DNA from: a bacterium
Lineage (GTDB): Bacteria; SAR324; NAC60-12
Reading direction: 5' to 3'
Assembly (NCBI GenBank): GCA_965205865.1
Contig: CBDBHR010000030.1
Location: 1,248,001 to 1,312,000, forward strand
Length of the DNA: 64,000 nt
Part shown: piece by piece, positions 31,246 to 41,530 of the stretch
Layout of the letters: each line of letters begins with the position of its first letter
Numbering within the stretch: position 1 is the stretch's first letter
Position numbers and translations under genes: made by a program
The notes under the pieces: generated by a model
Databases searched by the model: none
Told to the model about the DNA's origin: nothing
What the model saw: only the letters and a program-made list of their open reading frames with translations

Positions 31246-32364
31246 ATGAAAGCCAAATACTCCGCACTTCCGCACCGCCCCCTGAAAAGCTCGGCAACAC
31301 CGGCATTTCTCAAAGCTTTGACGGAGGAAAAACGTCACTTGAAAATCTGGCTTTTGCTGTTAACGAGCGGACTATTGCTCTCCGTTATATTGGCAATCGC
31401 CATTGGCTCGGTTGCCATTCCCGTTTTGCGTGTTTGGGAAATCGTGGCGCACCCGCTTTTTCCGGATTGGATCGAAAAAGACTGGCCGGGGTTTCAAAAT
31501 GGCATTGTTTGGAATATCCGCTTGCCCCGCGTATTTTTAGGAGCGATTGTCGGGGCCGGTTTGACGCTGGTCGGAATCACCATGCAGACCCTGGTGCGTA
31601 ACCCCCTGGCCGATCCGTACTTGTTGGGAATTTCCTCTGGCGCCTCCGTGGGCGCTGTCTGCGTCATCCTCTTTGGCCCTTTGATTCTGGGGCAATATGC
31701 GCTGCCTGTGGCGGCCTTTATGGGCGCATTATTGGCATTGGTGGCAGTATTCCTCATTGCCCGGCAATCCGGACAACTCTCACCGATTCGATTGATTCTG
31801 GCAGGGATTGCCACTGCTTTTGTGTTTTCATCGATCACCAATTTTTTGATTTTTCAAGCAAAAGACCACAGTGCCGCCCGTCAAGTTCTATTTTGGATGC
31901 TGGGGGGACTGGGTAATGCCCAATGGGAACAATTGGCGGTACCGTTCCTGGCATTGGCGCTGGTCGCTTTTTTTCTGATGAGCCAATCCAAGGCGATGAA
32001 CGCCCTACTCGTCGGGCCTGAAACGGCGGCCACTTTAGGAGTCGACGTGCCGCGTTTGCGCAATCAGCTGTTTATCGTCAGTGCCTTGCTGACCGGCGTT
32101 TTAGTAGCGGTCAGTGGCGCGATTGGATTTGTGGGATTGCTGGCGCCCCATATCGTCAAATTGTGCGTAGGGTCCGATCATAAGAAAGTATTACCAATCG
32201 GATTTTTGTTTGGAGGCATTTTTCTCATTTGGGTGGACGTGCTGGCACGGGTCATATTATCGCCCCAAGAGCTGCCGATTGGAATCCTCACTGCCTTTTT
32301 AGGAGCGCCTTTTTTCATTTGGCTGATGCGTTTCAAGGGAAAAATGTTGCAAGGAGACGCGTGA
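31246..32364 (+). CDS. FecCD/BtuC family permease
   Basis: IRLPR, RNPLADPYLLGISSGA, G.IGFVGL..PH, ELPIG. Confidence 0.93.
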   Translation: MKAKYSALPHRPLKSSATPAFLKALTEEKRHLKIWLLLLTSGLLLSVILAIAIGSVAIPVLRVWEIVAHPLFPDWIEKDWPGFQNGIVWNIRLPRVFLGAIVGAGLTLVGITMQTLVRNPLADPYLLGISSGASVGAVCVILFGPLILGQYALPVAAFMGALLALVAVFLIARQSGQLSPIRLILAGIATAFVFSSITNFLIFQAKDHSAARQVLFWMLGGLGNAQWEQLAVPFLALALVAFFLMSQSKAMNALLVGPETAATLGVDVPRLRNQLFIVSALLTGVLVAVSGAIGFVGLLAPHIVKLCVGSDHKKVLPIGFLFGGIFLIWVDVLARVILSPQELPIGILTAFLGAPFFIWLMRFKGKMLQGDA

Positions 32365-33164
32365 TGAAATTGGAAGTGCGACAGGTCGGTTGGAGTGTGG
32401 AGCAAAAACGGATCATTCAAAATATTTCTCTGGAAGTGCAGCCCCGGCAATTTGTCGGATTGATCGGTCCCAATGGCAGTGGCAAATCCAGCCTGTTGAA
32501 AACGATCTATCGCATTCTTAAACCCGATACCGGCATGGTTGCCATCGACGAGCAAGATGTATGGCAATTGAGTCCACGTGAAGTGGCGCAATCCATGGCA
32601 GTTGTCATCCAGGAGTCACTGACGGAGTTTGATTTTACCGCACGGGAGATTGTCATGATGGGACGTTTGCCTTTCAAAAAGACATTTGAAAGGGAATCGG
32701 AATATGATTTACAATTGACCGAAGAGGCATTGAGGCAGGTGGACTTGTTGCAATTGGCAGATCGCCACTTTCTTTCTTTGTCGGGAGGCGAAAAACAACG
32801 CTTGCTTATCGCGCGGGCGTTGGCGCAGAAACCACAACTGTTACTCATGGATGAGCCCACCAATCATTTGGACATTTACCACCAATTGGAGATTCTCGAT
32901 TTAATCAAACAACTGCGAATCACTGCCTTGGTGGCCTTGCATGATTTGAATCTGGCAGCTTTTTATTGTGACCACATTTATGTTTTGAAAGAAGGAAGAG
33001 TCGTTTCAGAAGGGGCTCCCGAAAAGATTCTGACAACTCGTCTGATTGAGGAAGTTTATGGGGTGTATGCGGAAGTGCGTCCTCATCCCCGTACCGGGAA
33101 ACTGCATATTACCTTCTTTCCCCAACGGATGAGGAGGGGGGATTCCGCTTTACGCCTTCTTTGA
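32364..33164 (+). CDS. ABC ATPase (BtuD/FecE-like)
   Basis: GPNGSGKS, LSGGEKQR, DEPTNHLD, HDLNLA. Confidence 0.95.
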   Translation: MKLEVRQVGWSVEQKRIIQNISLEVQPRQFVGLIGPNGSGKSSLLKTIYRILKPDTGMVAIDEQDVWQLSPREVAQSMAVVIQESLTEFDFTAREIVMMGRLPFKKTFERESEYDLQLTEEALRQVDLLQLADRHFLSLSGGEKQRLLIARALAQKPQLLLMDEPTNHLDIYHQLEILDLIKQLRITALVALHDLNLAAFYCDHIYVLKEGRVVSEGAPEKILTTRLIEEVYGVYAEVRPHPRTGKLHITFFPQRMRRGDSALRLL

Positions 33165-33250
33165 AAAATGGGAGGACAACTATCATCAATTTGCAAGATG
33201 GAAAAGATCTCCATTGACAAAAAGGAAATAAATGGAGGGTATTCGTCGCA

Positions 33251-33925
33251 TCAGTGGGCAAACAAGCTGGTTTGCCATCCTCCGTCCAAATCACCGTAGC
33301 CATGAATGAGCAGTTCGACGAGGGAAGGAAGAATTCTTTGGGCTTTGGCATTCAATTCGAGCAGTGAGGCTCCCGTGGGCAAATCGTTTCGTTGTTCCAT
33401 CATCGCTTGCAATTCCCGGTATATCCCTACCAGGTCCAGCACATCATCGGCCGCGTATTGGAGTTGAGCCGAAGTCAGATTTGCGCGAGACCAGTCGCTT
33501 TGTTGCTGCTCTTTTTTGAGTTTTTTGCCCAGAAGTTCCCATGCGAGGTCCTTCAGTCCATGGTTATCCGTATAGGTGCGGATGATTTTGCTCATTACCT
33601 TCGTGCAACAAAACGGTCGTACTTCGATTTGCAGTGATGTTTTCAAAAAAGCCACGTCGGTGAGGGCGAAGTGAAAGATCTTCAACACTTGTTCGGCTTC
33701 CATCAACTGCCGTAGACGGGAAGGCGGGTTCGAGTCGTCGGGCTTGACCAAACAGACGTTGGCCTGGTCATCGCAAAGCTGGACCAGGCAAATTTGATCG
33801 CGGTAAAGCGTCAGACCATGAAGCTCCGTATCGACGGCAAGCAGGTCTTGTTTCAGAAAGTGCTCTAACAAGTCCCGGGGAATATCAGACACCGTCTTGA
33901 ATTTAGATTCCGACATAGCCTCCAT
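33251..33925 (-). CDS. ribonuclease D-like 3'-5' exonuclease
   Basis: AVDTE, LVQL, KIFHFA..D, T..HGLK, QQSDW, YAA.DV. Confidence 0.9.
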   Translation of the reverse strand: MEAMSESKFKTVSDIPRDLLEHFLKQDLLAVDTELHGLTLYRDQICLVQLCDDQANVCLVKPDDSNPPSRLRQLMEAEQVLKIFHFALTDVAFLKTSLQIEVRPFCCTKVMSKIIRTYTDNHGLKDLAWELLGKKLKKEQQQSDWSRANLTSAQLQYAADDVLDLVGIYRELQAMMEQRNDLPTGASLLELNAKAQRILPSLVELLIHGYGDLDGGWQTSLFAH

Positions 33926-33969
33926 CGTGTAATTGATTGATCAAATTCAAACAGACTCGCATAAAGATT

Positions 33970-34332
33970 CTAAATTGCTCGCCCTTCCTTGAATTGCACC
34001 CAGCCTTTGTAGACGCGATAAATGATCCAGACATAGACCGCGATCAATATCAAATAGCCGATTCCAAAAAAAGTAGTAACCGTTCCAACCACTCCAACAA
34101 TGAGGCTGACCCAAAAAGTGGCGATTTGCCATCTGAAATGAGATTCCAGCCATGTCTCCCGCACGTCATCCTTTTTAAGGTAATTGAGGACAACTCCAAC
34201 GAGCGCCGTAATGCCGAAAAAAATCGAAAACCCTTGTAAAACGTAAATTGCCAGGGTGAGAGTTTTCAAGGAATGGGAAGGCTGGTTGAGGTGCAGCGCC
34301 TTGTTTTCGTATTTATTGATTGAGTCCGTCAT
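33970..34332 (-). CDS. DUF4870-like small membrane protein
   Basis: YLKK......SHFRWQI.TFW...W.IYR..KG. Confidence 0.8.
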   Translation of the reverse strand: MTDSINKYENKALHLNQPSHSLKTLTLAIYVLQGFSIFFGITALVGVVLNYLKKDDVRETWLESHFRWQIATFWVSLIVGVVGTVTTFFGIGYLILIAVYVWIIYRVYKGWVQFKEGRAI

Positions 34333-34453
34333 AAATCTCCTTTGCTTTGGCAAGTGCTGAAAAAATTCTTACTAGTTCAATGGCTTTGCTTGTTAGACAA
34401 GTCATCATATCTATTCCTGCAGGATAAACAATATTAAATGAACGCGCAATTTT

Positions 34454-34748
34454 TTAATGGATTGGATGACCTTCTCGAATCGCTAACACCACTTTTCCCA
34501 GCGCCTGACGATTGGCAAGCAGTTGCAGGGCTTCTATTGCTTCTTCGAGAGGATAGATGCGTGAAATATGGGGACGAATTTTATCTTGCCTGGCCCATTT
34601 GAAGAGCATCGTCATGTTTTCTTGCGCTCCCTGAGGAAGCCGCATGCAAGGCAACTTTTACTTCTCCGGGAGCAACCGGTGGCAGATGCGCGTCTTCCAT
34701 CACCAGATCTTCCAGCGTTCCGATTTTATGACAGACAATGGCTTTCAT
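34454..34748 (-). pseudogene. NADPH:quinone oxidoreductase (MDR) with a large internal deletion
   Basis: ATG 34748 gives MKAIVCHKIG...PGEVKVALHAA, joined out of frame to the C-terminus IRPHISRIYPLEEA.EAL......GKVVL. Confidence 0.78.
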
Positions 34749-34769
34749 GAACTCAAACGAGGTTTGGGA

Positions 34770-35720
34770 TCAGTTTTCGCCGAGGAGAGCAATTCGTTCA
34801 GTGATCAGGGAAAAAAATCCATCGGCATCAATGTTCGTCATCCAGGTTGCATTGATGGGTTGGTTAGTAAGTTGACGATTGTCGACTATAGTAGCGCCCA
34901 TCGTTAATTCAGAGTTTGTTTCCACCGCAATGCGCACGGCTTCTCCGCAAAACAACTCGGGATTGAGCAGGTAGGCCATGGTGCAGGGATCATGCAAGGG
35001 AGCCGACTCCCGGCTGAATTTTTGTCGGTAGGTTTCCATAATGGATTCAAACAGGGTTTTAGCAAGCCTGGCAACCGGAGTGTCGAGATCCGCCAGCGGC
35101 TCGATTCGTTTCGCCGTCAATAACGCCTGGTGCGTCACATCCAACCCCATCACCACTAAAGGACGACCACAGTTGAAAACGACATGGGCAGCATGGGGAT
35201 CCACGTAAATATTGAATTCCGCGGCAGGGGTGACGTTACCACCTGCGCAGGCGCTGCCTCCCATCAAGACGATTTCTTCGATTTTCGGCAAGATACGGGG
35301 CTCTTTGATCATTGCCATTGCGATGTTGGTCAAAGGACCGACGGGGATCAAGGTGATCGATTGCGGTTGAGCGGCCAGCAGCGTTTCTACAATGAAATCA
35401 ACGGCATGTTGTTCTTGCAAGGGAGTCTCCGGCTCAAAATGATCGATTCCCAGCAATCCGGATTCACCATGGAAATTCCTGGCCGTTTCTAATTCTCTCA
35501 GCATGGGTCTGGCGCATCCCGCATAAACCGGGACCTGCGGAAATCCTGCCAATTGACAGATAATACGGGCGTTGCGTTGGGTCATGTCCAGCCCTACGTT
35601 TCCTGCCACCGTAGTAATTCCTAAAAGATGACATTCTTGGGAAGATGCCAGCGCGAGCAGCAGATTGATCGCATCATCCAAGCCGGGATCGCAGTCAATA
35701 ATGATAGCGCGTTTTTTCAT
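34770..35720 (-). CDS. nucleoside hydrolase (IUNH/Rih family)
   Basis: IIDCDPGLDDA, TVAGN, HG.SGL, GPLTNIA, AEFNIYVDP, LHDP. Confidence 0.95.
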   Translation of the reverse strand: MKKRAIIIDCDPGLDDAINLLLALASSQECHLLGITTVAGNVGLDMTQRNARIICQLAGFPQVPVYAGCARPMLRELETARNFHGESGLLGIDHFEPETPLQEQHAVDFIVETLLAAQPQSITLIPVGPLTNIAMAMIKEPRILPKIEEIVLMGGSACAGGNVTPAAEFNIYVDPHAAHVVFNCGRPLVVMGLDVTHQALLTAKRIEPLADLDTPVARLAKTLFESIMETYRQKFSRESAPLHDPCTMAYLLNPELFCGEAVRIAVETNSELTMGATIVDNRQLTNQPINATWMTNIDADGFFSLITERIALLGEN

Positions 35721-35960
35721 ATCAATGCTCAACAGATCCTTATAATTGTTTGAAACAGACTGAATATTAACACAAAACGCTCTGATGTCAAAATCACCCA
35801 ATGAAGGAATGGTCTCCGGCATGTGAGAGCACAAGGTGAATAATTCGTTTGTCGAGCGCCTCTGACGCATGGTTTTGTCTTGACGGGAGACACTCCTCTG
35901 AGATATTCAATTCTTTATGACCTGAACGAACCTTAATTGTCCATTCCGCAGGAGAAAATC

Positions 35961-36857
35961 ATGACCACAACATGGCAAGCGCTGGAACCGGACCTCGAGA
36001 CAATCTTCCTGCATGCGAAAAATCCGCTGCAGGCTCTGGCGGAGGGCGATATTCCGGGCATCGTCATACGGGAAGCATACCCGGTAGAGCATTGTGAGGA
36101 ATTGATCTGCAGATTCCTCGACCAAAATCTGATATGGGCCCCTGAAAACCCCAAAGCGGGCAATTATAATGAAGTGATTCATCATCGTGGGACGGGTGAG
36201 TTGCCTCTCAGAATCGACATTGGCAGCAGCTTGGCCAATTTCGCCCGGCACCAAACTCCCTATGACGACGATGTGCGGAACAAGGAGGCGTTTCTGGAGC
36301 ATGCGGCGGCCACCCGGGATTTATTTCACCAGCTGTTTGATGGATTGGAGGATCCGGTCGAGTGCCTGTACGATGCTCTCTCCGCCCTGGCCGTCGGCAA
36401 GGAGGTGAAAGTTGCCTATGAGCCGGATGGCCGTCAGTATGCTCCGGCTATTTTTCGCATTCACTATGCCGGTCAGGAATATCGCCCCCACATCAATCAT
36501 GCGCGGATCAGCGATAAGCTTTTCAACTTCCAGGCTTCCCGATTCGATCACAATTTTGCCGGCCTCATTTGTATGCGGAATCCGGCGCACAAAGACGCCA
36601 GTCCTCATGCCTTGATCCATCGCTGCGTCTGGACACCGGAGATTGAGGAACATCTCTCTGATGGGACCTACGACGAATATGCGGCGCAAAAGGAGATAGA
36701 ACAATTCGAGTTCAACGTGGAGCCGGGAGATTTCTATCTCTTCAATAGCGGTCTGATTCACGTTGTGAAACCCTTTGAAAGTAAAATCGCAAGGATTGTC
36801 CTCGCCACTTTCATTGGTTATTCACAGGACGATGATGAAATTTTCGTCTGGTCATGA
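35961..36857 (+). CDS. putative 2OG-Fe(II)/PhyH-like dioxygenase
   Basis: FR.H....Y.PH.N, then PGDFYLFNS..IH.V and RIV beta-strand pattern; RBS AGGAG. Confidence 0.6.
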   Translation: MTTTWQALEPDLETIFLHAKNPLQALAEGDIPGIVIREAYPVEHCEELICRFLDQNLIWAPENPKAGNYNEVIHHRGTGELPLRIDIGSSLANFARHQTPYDDDVRNKEAFLEHAAATRDLFHQLFDGLEDPVECLYDALSALAVGKEVKVAYEPDGRQYAPAIFRIHYAGQEYRPHINHARISDKLFNFQASRFDHNFAGLICMRNPAHKDASPHALIHRCVWTPEIEEHLSDGTYDEYAAQKEIEQFEFNVEPGDFYLFNSGLIHVVKPFESKIARIVLATFIGYSQDDDEIFVWS

Positions 36858-36901
36858 ACTGACGGAGTATTTCATTCTCCGTTCACCAAAGAAAGGGATA
36901 A

Positions 36902-37567
36902 ATGGAACTGTATGAGGTCATGCGCACCACTTTTTCCGCCAGAAAATTCACAACCGATCCTTTGCCCGACAAGATCCTTTATAAGATTTTGGACAATGCG
37001 CGTTATGCGCCCAGCGGGGGAAACCGGCAGGGGGCTCACGTGATTATCGTGCGGAATCGCAAGACCCGTGAGAAGCTGGTAGCATTGTCGATAGAGGCCG
37101 CCAAACGATATACGGCCCAGGTCAAAGCGGGGGAAAATCCCTGGAACTCCCTGGAACCTACCAGGGTAGTGGCGGAGACTATCGAGCAAACCATTACTCC
37201 TTCCCCTATGATGGAATCCTACCTTAAAGCTGCGGTGGTGCTGGTGATTTGCGTCGACCTCGAAGTCGTTGCCTCCGTCGATCAATATCTGGACCGCGTG
37301 GGTATCGTCAGTGGAGCTTCGATCTATCCGCTGGTCTGGAACATCCTGATGAGCGCCCGCCGTGAAGGCTACGGTGGAACGCTCACCACCCTGCCTGTTT
37401 CGCAGGAACCCGCCCTGCAAAAATTTCTGGGTATTCCCTCCCACGTCGCCGTGTGTGCGGTCCTACCATTGGGAAAGCCGGTCAAACAATTGACCAGACT
37501 CAAAAGAAAACCAGTTTCCGAATTCGCGGTTCACGAATGCTGGGGTGGAAAACCCCTGGCTGGTTAA
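36902..37567 (+). CDS. nitroreductase family protein
   Basis: R...S.R.F..DP, A.YAPSGGNRQ, NIL..AR.EG.G. Confidence 0.92.
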   Translation: MELYEVMRTTFSARKFTTDPLPDKILYKILDNARYAPSGGNRQGAHVIIVRNRKTREKLVALSIEAAKRYTAQVKAGENPWNSLEPTRVVAETIEQTITPSPMMESYLKAAVVLVICVDLEVVASVDQYLDRVGIVSGASIYPLVWNILMSARREGYGGTLTTLPVSQEPALQKFLGIPSHVAVCAVLPLGKPVKQLTRLKRKPVSEFAVHECWGGKPLAG

Positions 37568-37576
37568 ACGCGCTTT

Positions 37577-38320
37577 TCAATGCAGTGGAAGCGCTTTTAC
37601 TCTTTCTTGAGGACGGGTCTTCACTCTGGCAACGACGACATAAAGAGGATCCGTGCGTCCAGGGTAGGGAGAAATGTCTTTGAATTCAGTTTTTTCAAAC
37701 CTTTGTGCTTCCGCGAAATATGACTTCACCAGTCGGACATGACCTGCGTCTCCTGAAGTGCGCCAGGCGCGTGTGGCCTTGGTGGGAAAGAGACGGTTGG
37801 AAAAACTGACGCAGCACGCGCCTTCCGGAACAAGCACCCGGGCGATTTCTCGAAAGATGGCGACGGGTTGGGTTAGATACTGCACCGAGACGGCAATCAA
37901 ACAGGCGTCAAACGTCTGGTCCGCATAGGGAAGTTCGGGATGCGTGTTCAGATTTCCCACCTGAAAATCGGTCAGTACCGCATTGTTGCGCAGTTCCTCT
38001 TCATTCATTCCAAGTCCCGAAACCATGCTCCATTTCCTGTCTTCGGGTAAATGAGAGACCCAACTCGACATCAGATCCAGGATGGCAGCATCGTCGGGAA
38101 GCAATTCATCGTAGAATTTTTTCAAGGCCTCGCAGGCGTCATCATCGATATGCCGGACGAACCGGGGAACCTCGTAAAAATGTTCATCCGGGGATTCATC
38201 TTCTCTTTGGAAGAAATCTTCTGAGAATAAGGACGCCCCTGAAGATCCGGCACGAGGGAACAACCATCGTTTTATCGCGGTGGAAACAGAACGCAATCGC
38301 ATGAGCGAAATTGTTGTCAT
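37577..38320 (-). CDS. SAM-dependent methyltransferase (type 11)
   Basis: D..FY..PRFV.HID, LDLMSSWVSHLP, FSNR.FPTKA; start uncertain. Confidence 0.9.
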   Translation of the reverse strand: MTTISLMRLRSVSTAIKRWLFPRAGSSGASLFSEDFFQREDESPDEHFYEVPRFVRHIDDDACEALKKFYDELLPDDAAILDLMSSWVSHLPEDRKWSMVSGLGMNEEELRNNAVLTDFQVGNLNTHPELPYADQTFDACLIAVSVQYLTQPVAIFREIARVLVPEGACCVSFSNRLFPTKATRAWRTSGDAGHVRLVKSYFAEAQRFEKTEFKDISPYPGRTDPLYVVVARVKTRPQERVKALPLH

Positions 38321-39810
38321 TGCGGTTTGGATTCCTGATAGATTCTCAGGTCACCAACAAGTGAGGCAAGTCTTTCCATATCCCGGGTATAATTCATCAA
38401 CAAACTGTAAAAACCAGTAATTCTGCATCTGTTCTGCTCGCTGTCTGAATCCAACATCAAGATGTGTCTCATCACTTCATCTGCGTCAACTAGCAGGGTT
38501 TTATACCTGTCAAAAGAATTATTGACGACGTACAAAGTTTTCCGGCTGTCTTTGATCGTTTGGTTTGAAGTATTCGCCAGAGATGAGATCTTTTGTTGGT
38601 CTAATTTCAGAAGAATAAAATATCTTGAAAGTAAAATTACATAGTTCGTTAGCCGTACTTTTTCAATTTCTGGTGATTGCATTATTGTGAATATTTCAGG
38701 CAATACCTCTTCTGAATTGTCATCATCGAACCGCAGGAATATTCTGTCCAGATATATTGCAAATAGCAGTGGAATCAACGGATTATCCGGTTCATTCAAT
38801 ATTGAATCCTTGAAGTAATTGTTGATGTATGGGAAATCGATATTTTCTTCATATAATGAACTCGTTGCATAAATAAATGCCGGAAGGGTGCGTTTGATTT
38901 TTCCGGCTTTCTCATGGTCCATTGCAGCGGCTGCATGTTCTTTTGCCTTTACATAATCGTTTGAGACAAAATAGAGTAAAGCCAATAAGGACAGGTTTTG
39001 CATTTTTTCATTCTCATTCAGAGACTCTTGATCCGGTTCAGATTTTAGTGTGTCTAAAGCGTTTTTTATCAACTCCGGATCGTTGTAAGCATATATGGTC
39101 AGTTCTTTATCCGGATCTTCCAACAATTCCATGGCCTCTTCAGTTGAAACAAAACATGGATCTGTTTTTTTCTCTTTCTTCCAGAAATTTGGCTCTATTT
39201 TAATCCTGTTCTTTAAATCATCCCATTTGGTATTTTTCAGTATTTTTATGGCATCATCGAACCTCTGTTTCCAGGAAGGGCTGGATTGCAGTATTTCCAT
39301 GGCATCTTCATAAGCATCCGATCCGGAGGTATTCACAGGCAGGGGGAGTGTCGGCAACTGCATGCTTTTTTCTACCAAATTGCTGTATTCATATGAAAAA
39401 TTATAGGTAATCTCATTTATAACTTTCTCACTTGCGTAATCGAATACCACACCGGTTCCAAACGTCAGGGCGGTAGTGAGTAGCGCTGCTCCACCTGCAA
39501 TACCGAACCCCCCACTGGCGATTGCGCCTCCACCAAGCAAAGCAAGCCCCGCATTAGTCGCCACAATTCCCGAGTACCCCATCAAGCCACCAATCCATGT
39601 GCCGATACCTAAAATGAAAGGACTTCCTGTGCCTCCGGAAAAAAATAAGAACAAGCCTGCGATATTCGCTCCTGCGCCTGCGATAGCAATTGTCCACCCA
39701 ATATGAAGTGATCCCTTGTAAAAGGACTCAAAAGTACCATACTCGCTGGCAGCATAAGCCAGGTCCGGAACAAGGTATATTAAAATCAGGAATAAGAGAG
39801 TTGGCTTCAC
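38317..39810 (-). CDS. hypothetical membrane protein with glycine zipper and helical/TPR-like C-terminus
   Basis: Signal-like N-terminus; SG..ATNAGLALLGGGAIASGGFG.AGG; low GC. Confidence 0.75.
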   Translation of the reverse strand: MKPTLLFLILIYLVPDLAYAASEYGTFESFYKGSLHIGWTIAIAGAGANIAGLFLFFSGGTGSPFILGIGTWIGGLMGYSGIVATNAGLALLGGGAIASGGFGIAGGAALLTTALTFGTGVVFDYASEKVINEITYNFSYEYSNLVEKSMQLPTLPLPVNTSGSDAYEDAMEILQSSPSWKQRFDDAIKILKNTKWDDLKNRIKIEPNFWKKEKKTDPCFVSTEEAMELLEDPDKELTIYAYNDPELIKNALDTLKSEPDQESLNENEKMQNLSLLALLYFVSNDYVKAKEHAAAAMDHEKAGKIKRTLPAFIYATSSLYEENIDFPYINNYFKDSILNEPDNPLIPLLFAIYLDRIFLRFDDDNSEEVLPEIFTIMQSPEIEKVRLTNYVILLSRYFILLKLDQQKISSLANTSNQTIKDSRKTLYVVNNSFDRYKTLLVDADEVMRHILMLDSDSEQNRCRITGFYSLLMNYTRDMERLASLVGDLRIYQESKPQ

Positions 39811-40625
39811 TTGATTTTTTCCAGCATCCCGATTTGGATTATCTGGTCCTCAGGCAACCCAAAAATCAATTCAATACCTCGTTTACCAGTTTCACTTTGT
39901 AACAATTTGAGTTGACCTTCTTTGGGTTGATTGGTCATGGTAAATATTGGAATAACTTTCCTGGGACGCTTGCTTGCCCCGTATTGTACCAATGTGTCTA
40001 AATCGGCTCTGAATTTATCCATCGGTATTGGTGTTGCTGGTTTATAGTCCTTGGCTTCTATCGCTAAAATTTTTTCACCTTTTTCAAAGACGATATCAAT
40101 GTCAGTTCCCCCTTTTTTCAACCCGTCATCAAACTTTTCTCCTATGCCTGAAACTTTAAATCCTCTCCCTGATCCGAAGTGAGCAATCCTTAGCTCATTC
40201 AAGTGTCCTTGTGTTACTTGAGGATTATTACCAGTCATTTTTTTTAAAGTAGAGCGGAATCCAGGCGTATTACTCAATTTGAAAAACACGTTTTTTGCTT
40301 CTTTTCTTTTAAATACGTTTTGGTGAACAAGAATACGCATATACGTATCTTCGAGTACTTCATTGGGTAAATTGAGTTTACCAAGCTCCTTTCCAACTTG
40401 GACTGTACCGTTGAGTTCCTTAGCGAGTTTGGAAAATTCAATTATTTTTCTATTTGATAACGAATTGGGAGATTTGAAAAATGGGGATATATTTGGAAAC
40501 GGGATAACTTTGGGTGGAATCTTCTGCAACCATTTCCAAAATATATGACCTGGAAAGGCGTTTGCCTGCGGTGTTGCAATAAGCGGTGTTGCAATCAATA
40601 GAAATAGAAGAATTTGTTTTTTCAT
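39807..40625 (-). CDS. signal-peptide protein with C-terminal PD-(D/E)XK nuclease fold
   Basis: MKKQILLFLLIA...ANA; G.LNE...TDIDIV.......IEAK. Confidence 0.7.
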   Translation of the reverse strand: MKKQILLFLLIATPLIATPQANAFPGHIFWKWLQKIPPKVIPFPNISPFFKSPNSLSNRKIIEFSKLAKELNGTVQVGKELGKLNLPNEVLEDTYMRILVHQNVFKRKEAKNVFFKLSNTPGFRSTLKKMTGNNPQVTQGHLNELRIAHFGSGRGFKVSGIGEKFDDGLKKGGTDIDIVFEKGEKILAIEAKDYKPATPIPMDKFRADLDTLVQYGASKRPRKVIPIFTMTNQPKEGQLKLLQSETGKRGIELIFGLPEDQIIQIGMLEKIK

Positions 40626-40696
40626 CTCCGTGTGCCTTCTAGAGTCAGGTTCAAAAAAGAAAAAAAGAGTCTGGCTTGCATGGCATTAGGATTTTC

Positions 40697-40918
40697 TCAT
40701 AATGCCAAAATGTCTGTCTCCACACAATACTCCTTACCAATCGCTTGTTGATAGGAGAGAAAGGAGGGCGGCTGACTAAAGAACATGGAAAAGGCTCCAA
40801 AGGTGGCATTTTTGATCGTATACTTCAACGCCGGACTGGGTAAGCGAAAATCGGGCAGTTCTTCGAATACTCGATGAATTTGACCCACAAACCAATCAAT
40901 ACCTAATCTTTCAGCCAT
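40697..40918 (-). pseudogene. transposase N-terminal remnant (ISNCY-like)
   Basis: LPD.R.....Y.I......AFSMFFSQ.PSFL.YQ. Confidence 0.65.
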
Positions 40919-41530
40919 ACCTGCTCCTTTCTTGAGGGAAAAAACGATGACTGAAAGATAAACGATTTACAGGGAATGTAAAAGAGAATCAGCTATGATT
41001 TCCAAATTTAGAATTGCTGTAAAATGCCTGTCTTCATCCACAATACACTTTACCGAAGCTTTTTTAAGGCGGGACTTCGGTTCTGGCAGGAAGATACGGG
41101 ACCAGTTATCCCCCAAGTTGCTGTTTCCGGTACAGACGAGTGAAATCCATGTATCGTTTGCCAAATACAACATAAATTGTCGTACTTCAGCTTTGGACCA
41201 ATATGCCAACCTGACCCCTTTCCAAATCAAGTGCCCCATGTATCACAGCATATTGAAGCAATTGGTTTTTCTTTAGATTGAATCCTTAGTAGCACTGGAA
41301 TATACATGAAACATGGATTGGCACGCACTTTAATAGTACGTCAATATCTAACGAACAGGTTCGCGAGGTTTGAAAGTACCTTTGGTAAGGTGTTGTATGG
41401 AGGGACAGGTTTTTTTGCATCAATTGAGGAATCTTAATACAATATGCAAACTCAACCCTTTATTTCAACGACACTGCATAATGGATTACGGGAATTTTAT
41501 TGGTACCGGGTCAGAGGAGTTACATGATAG

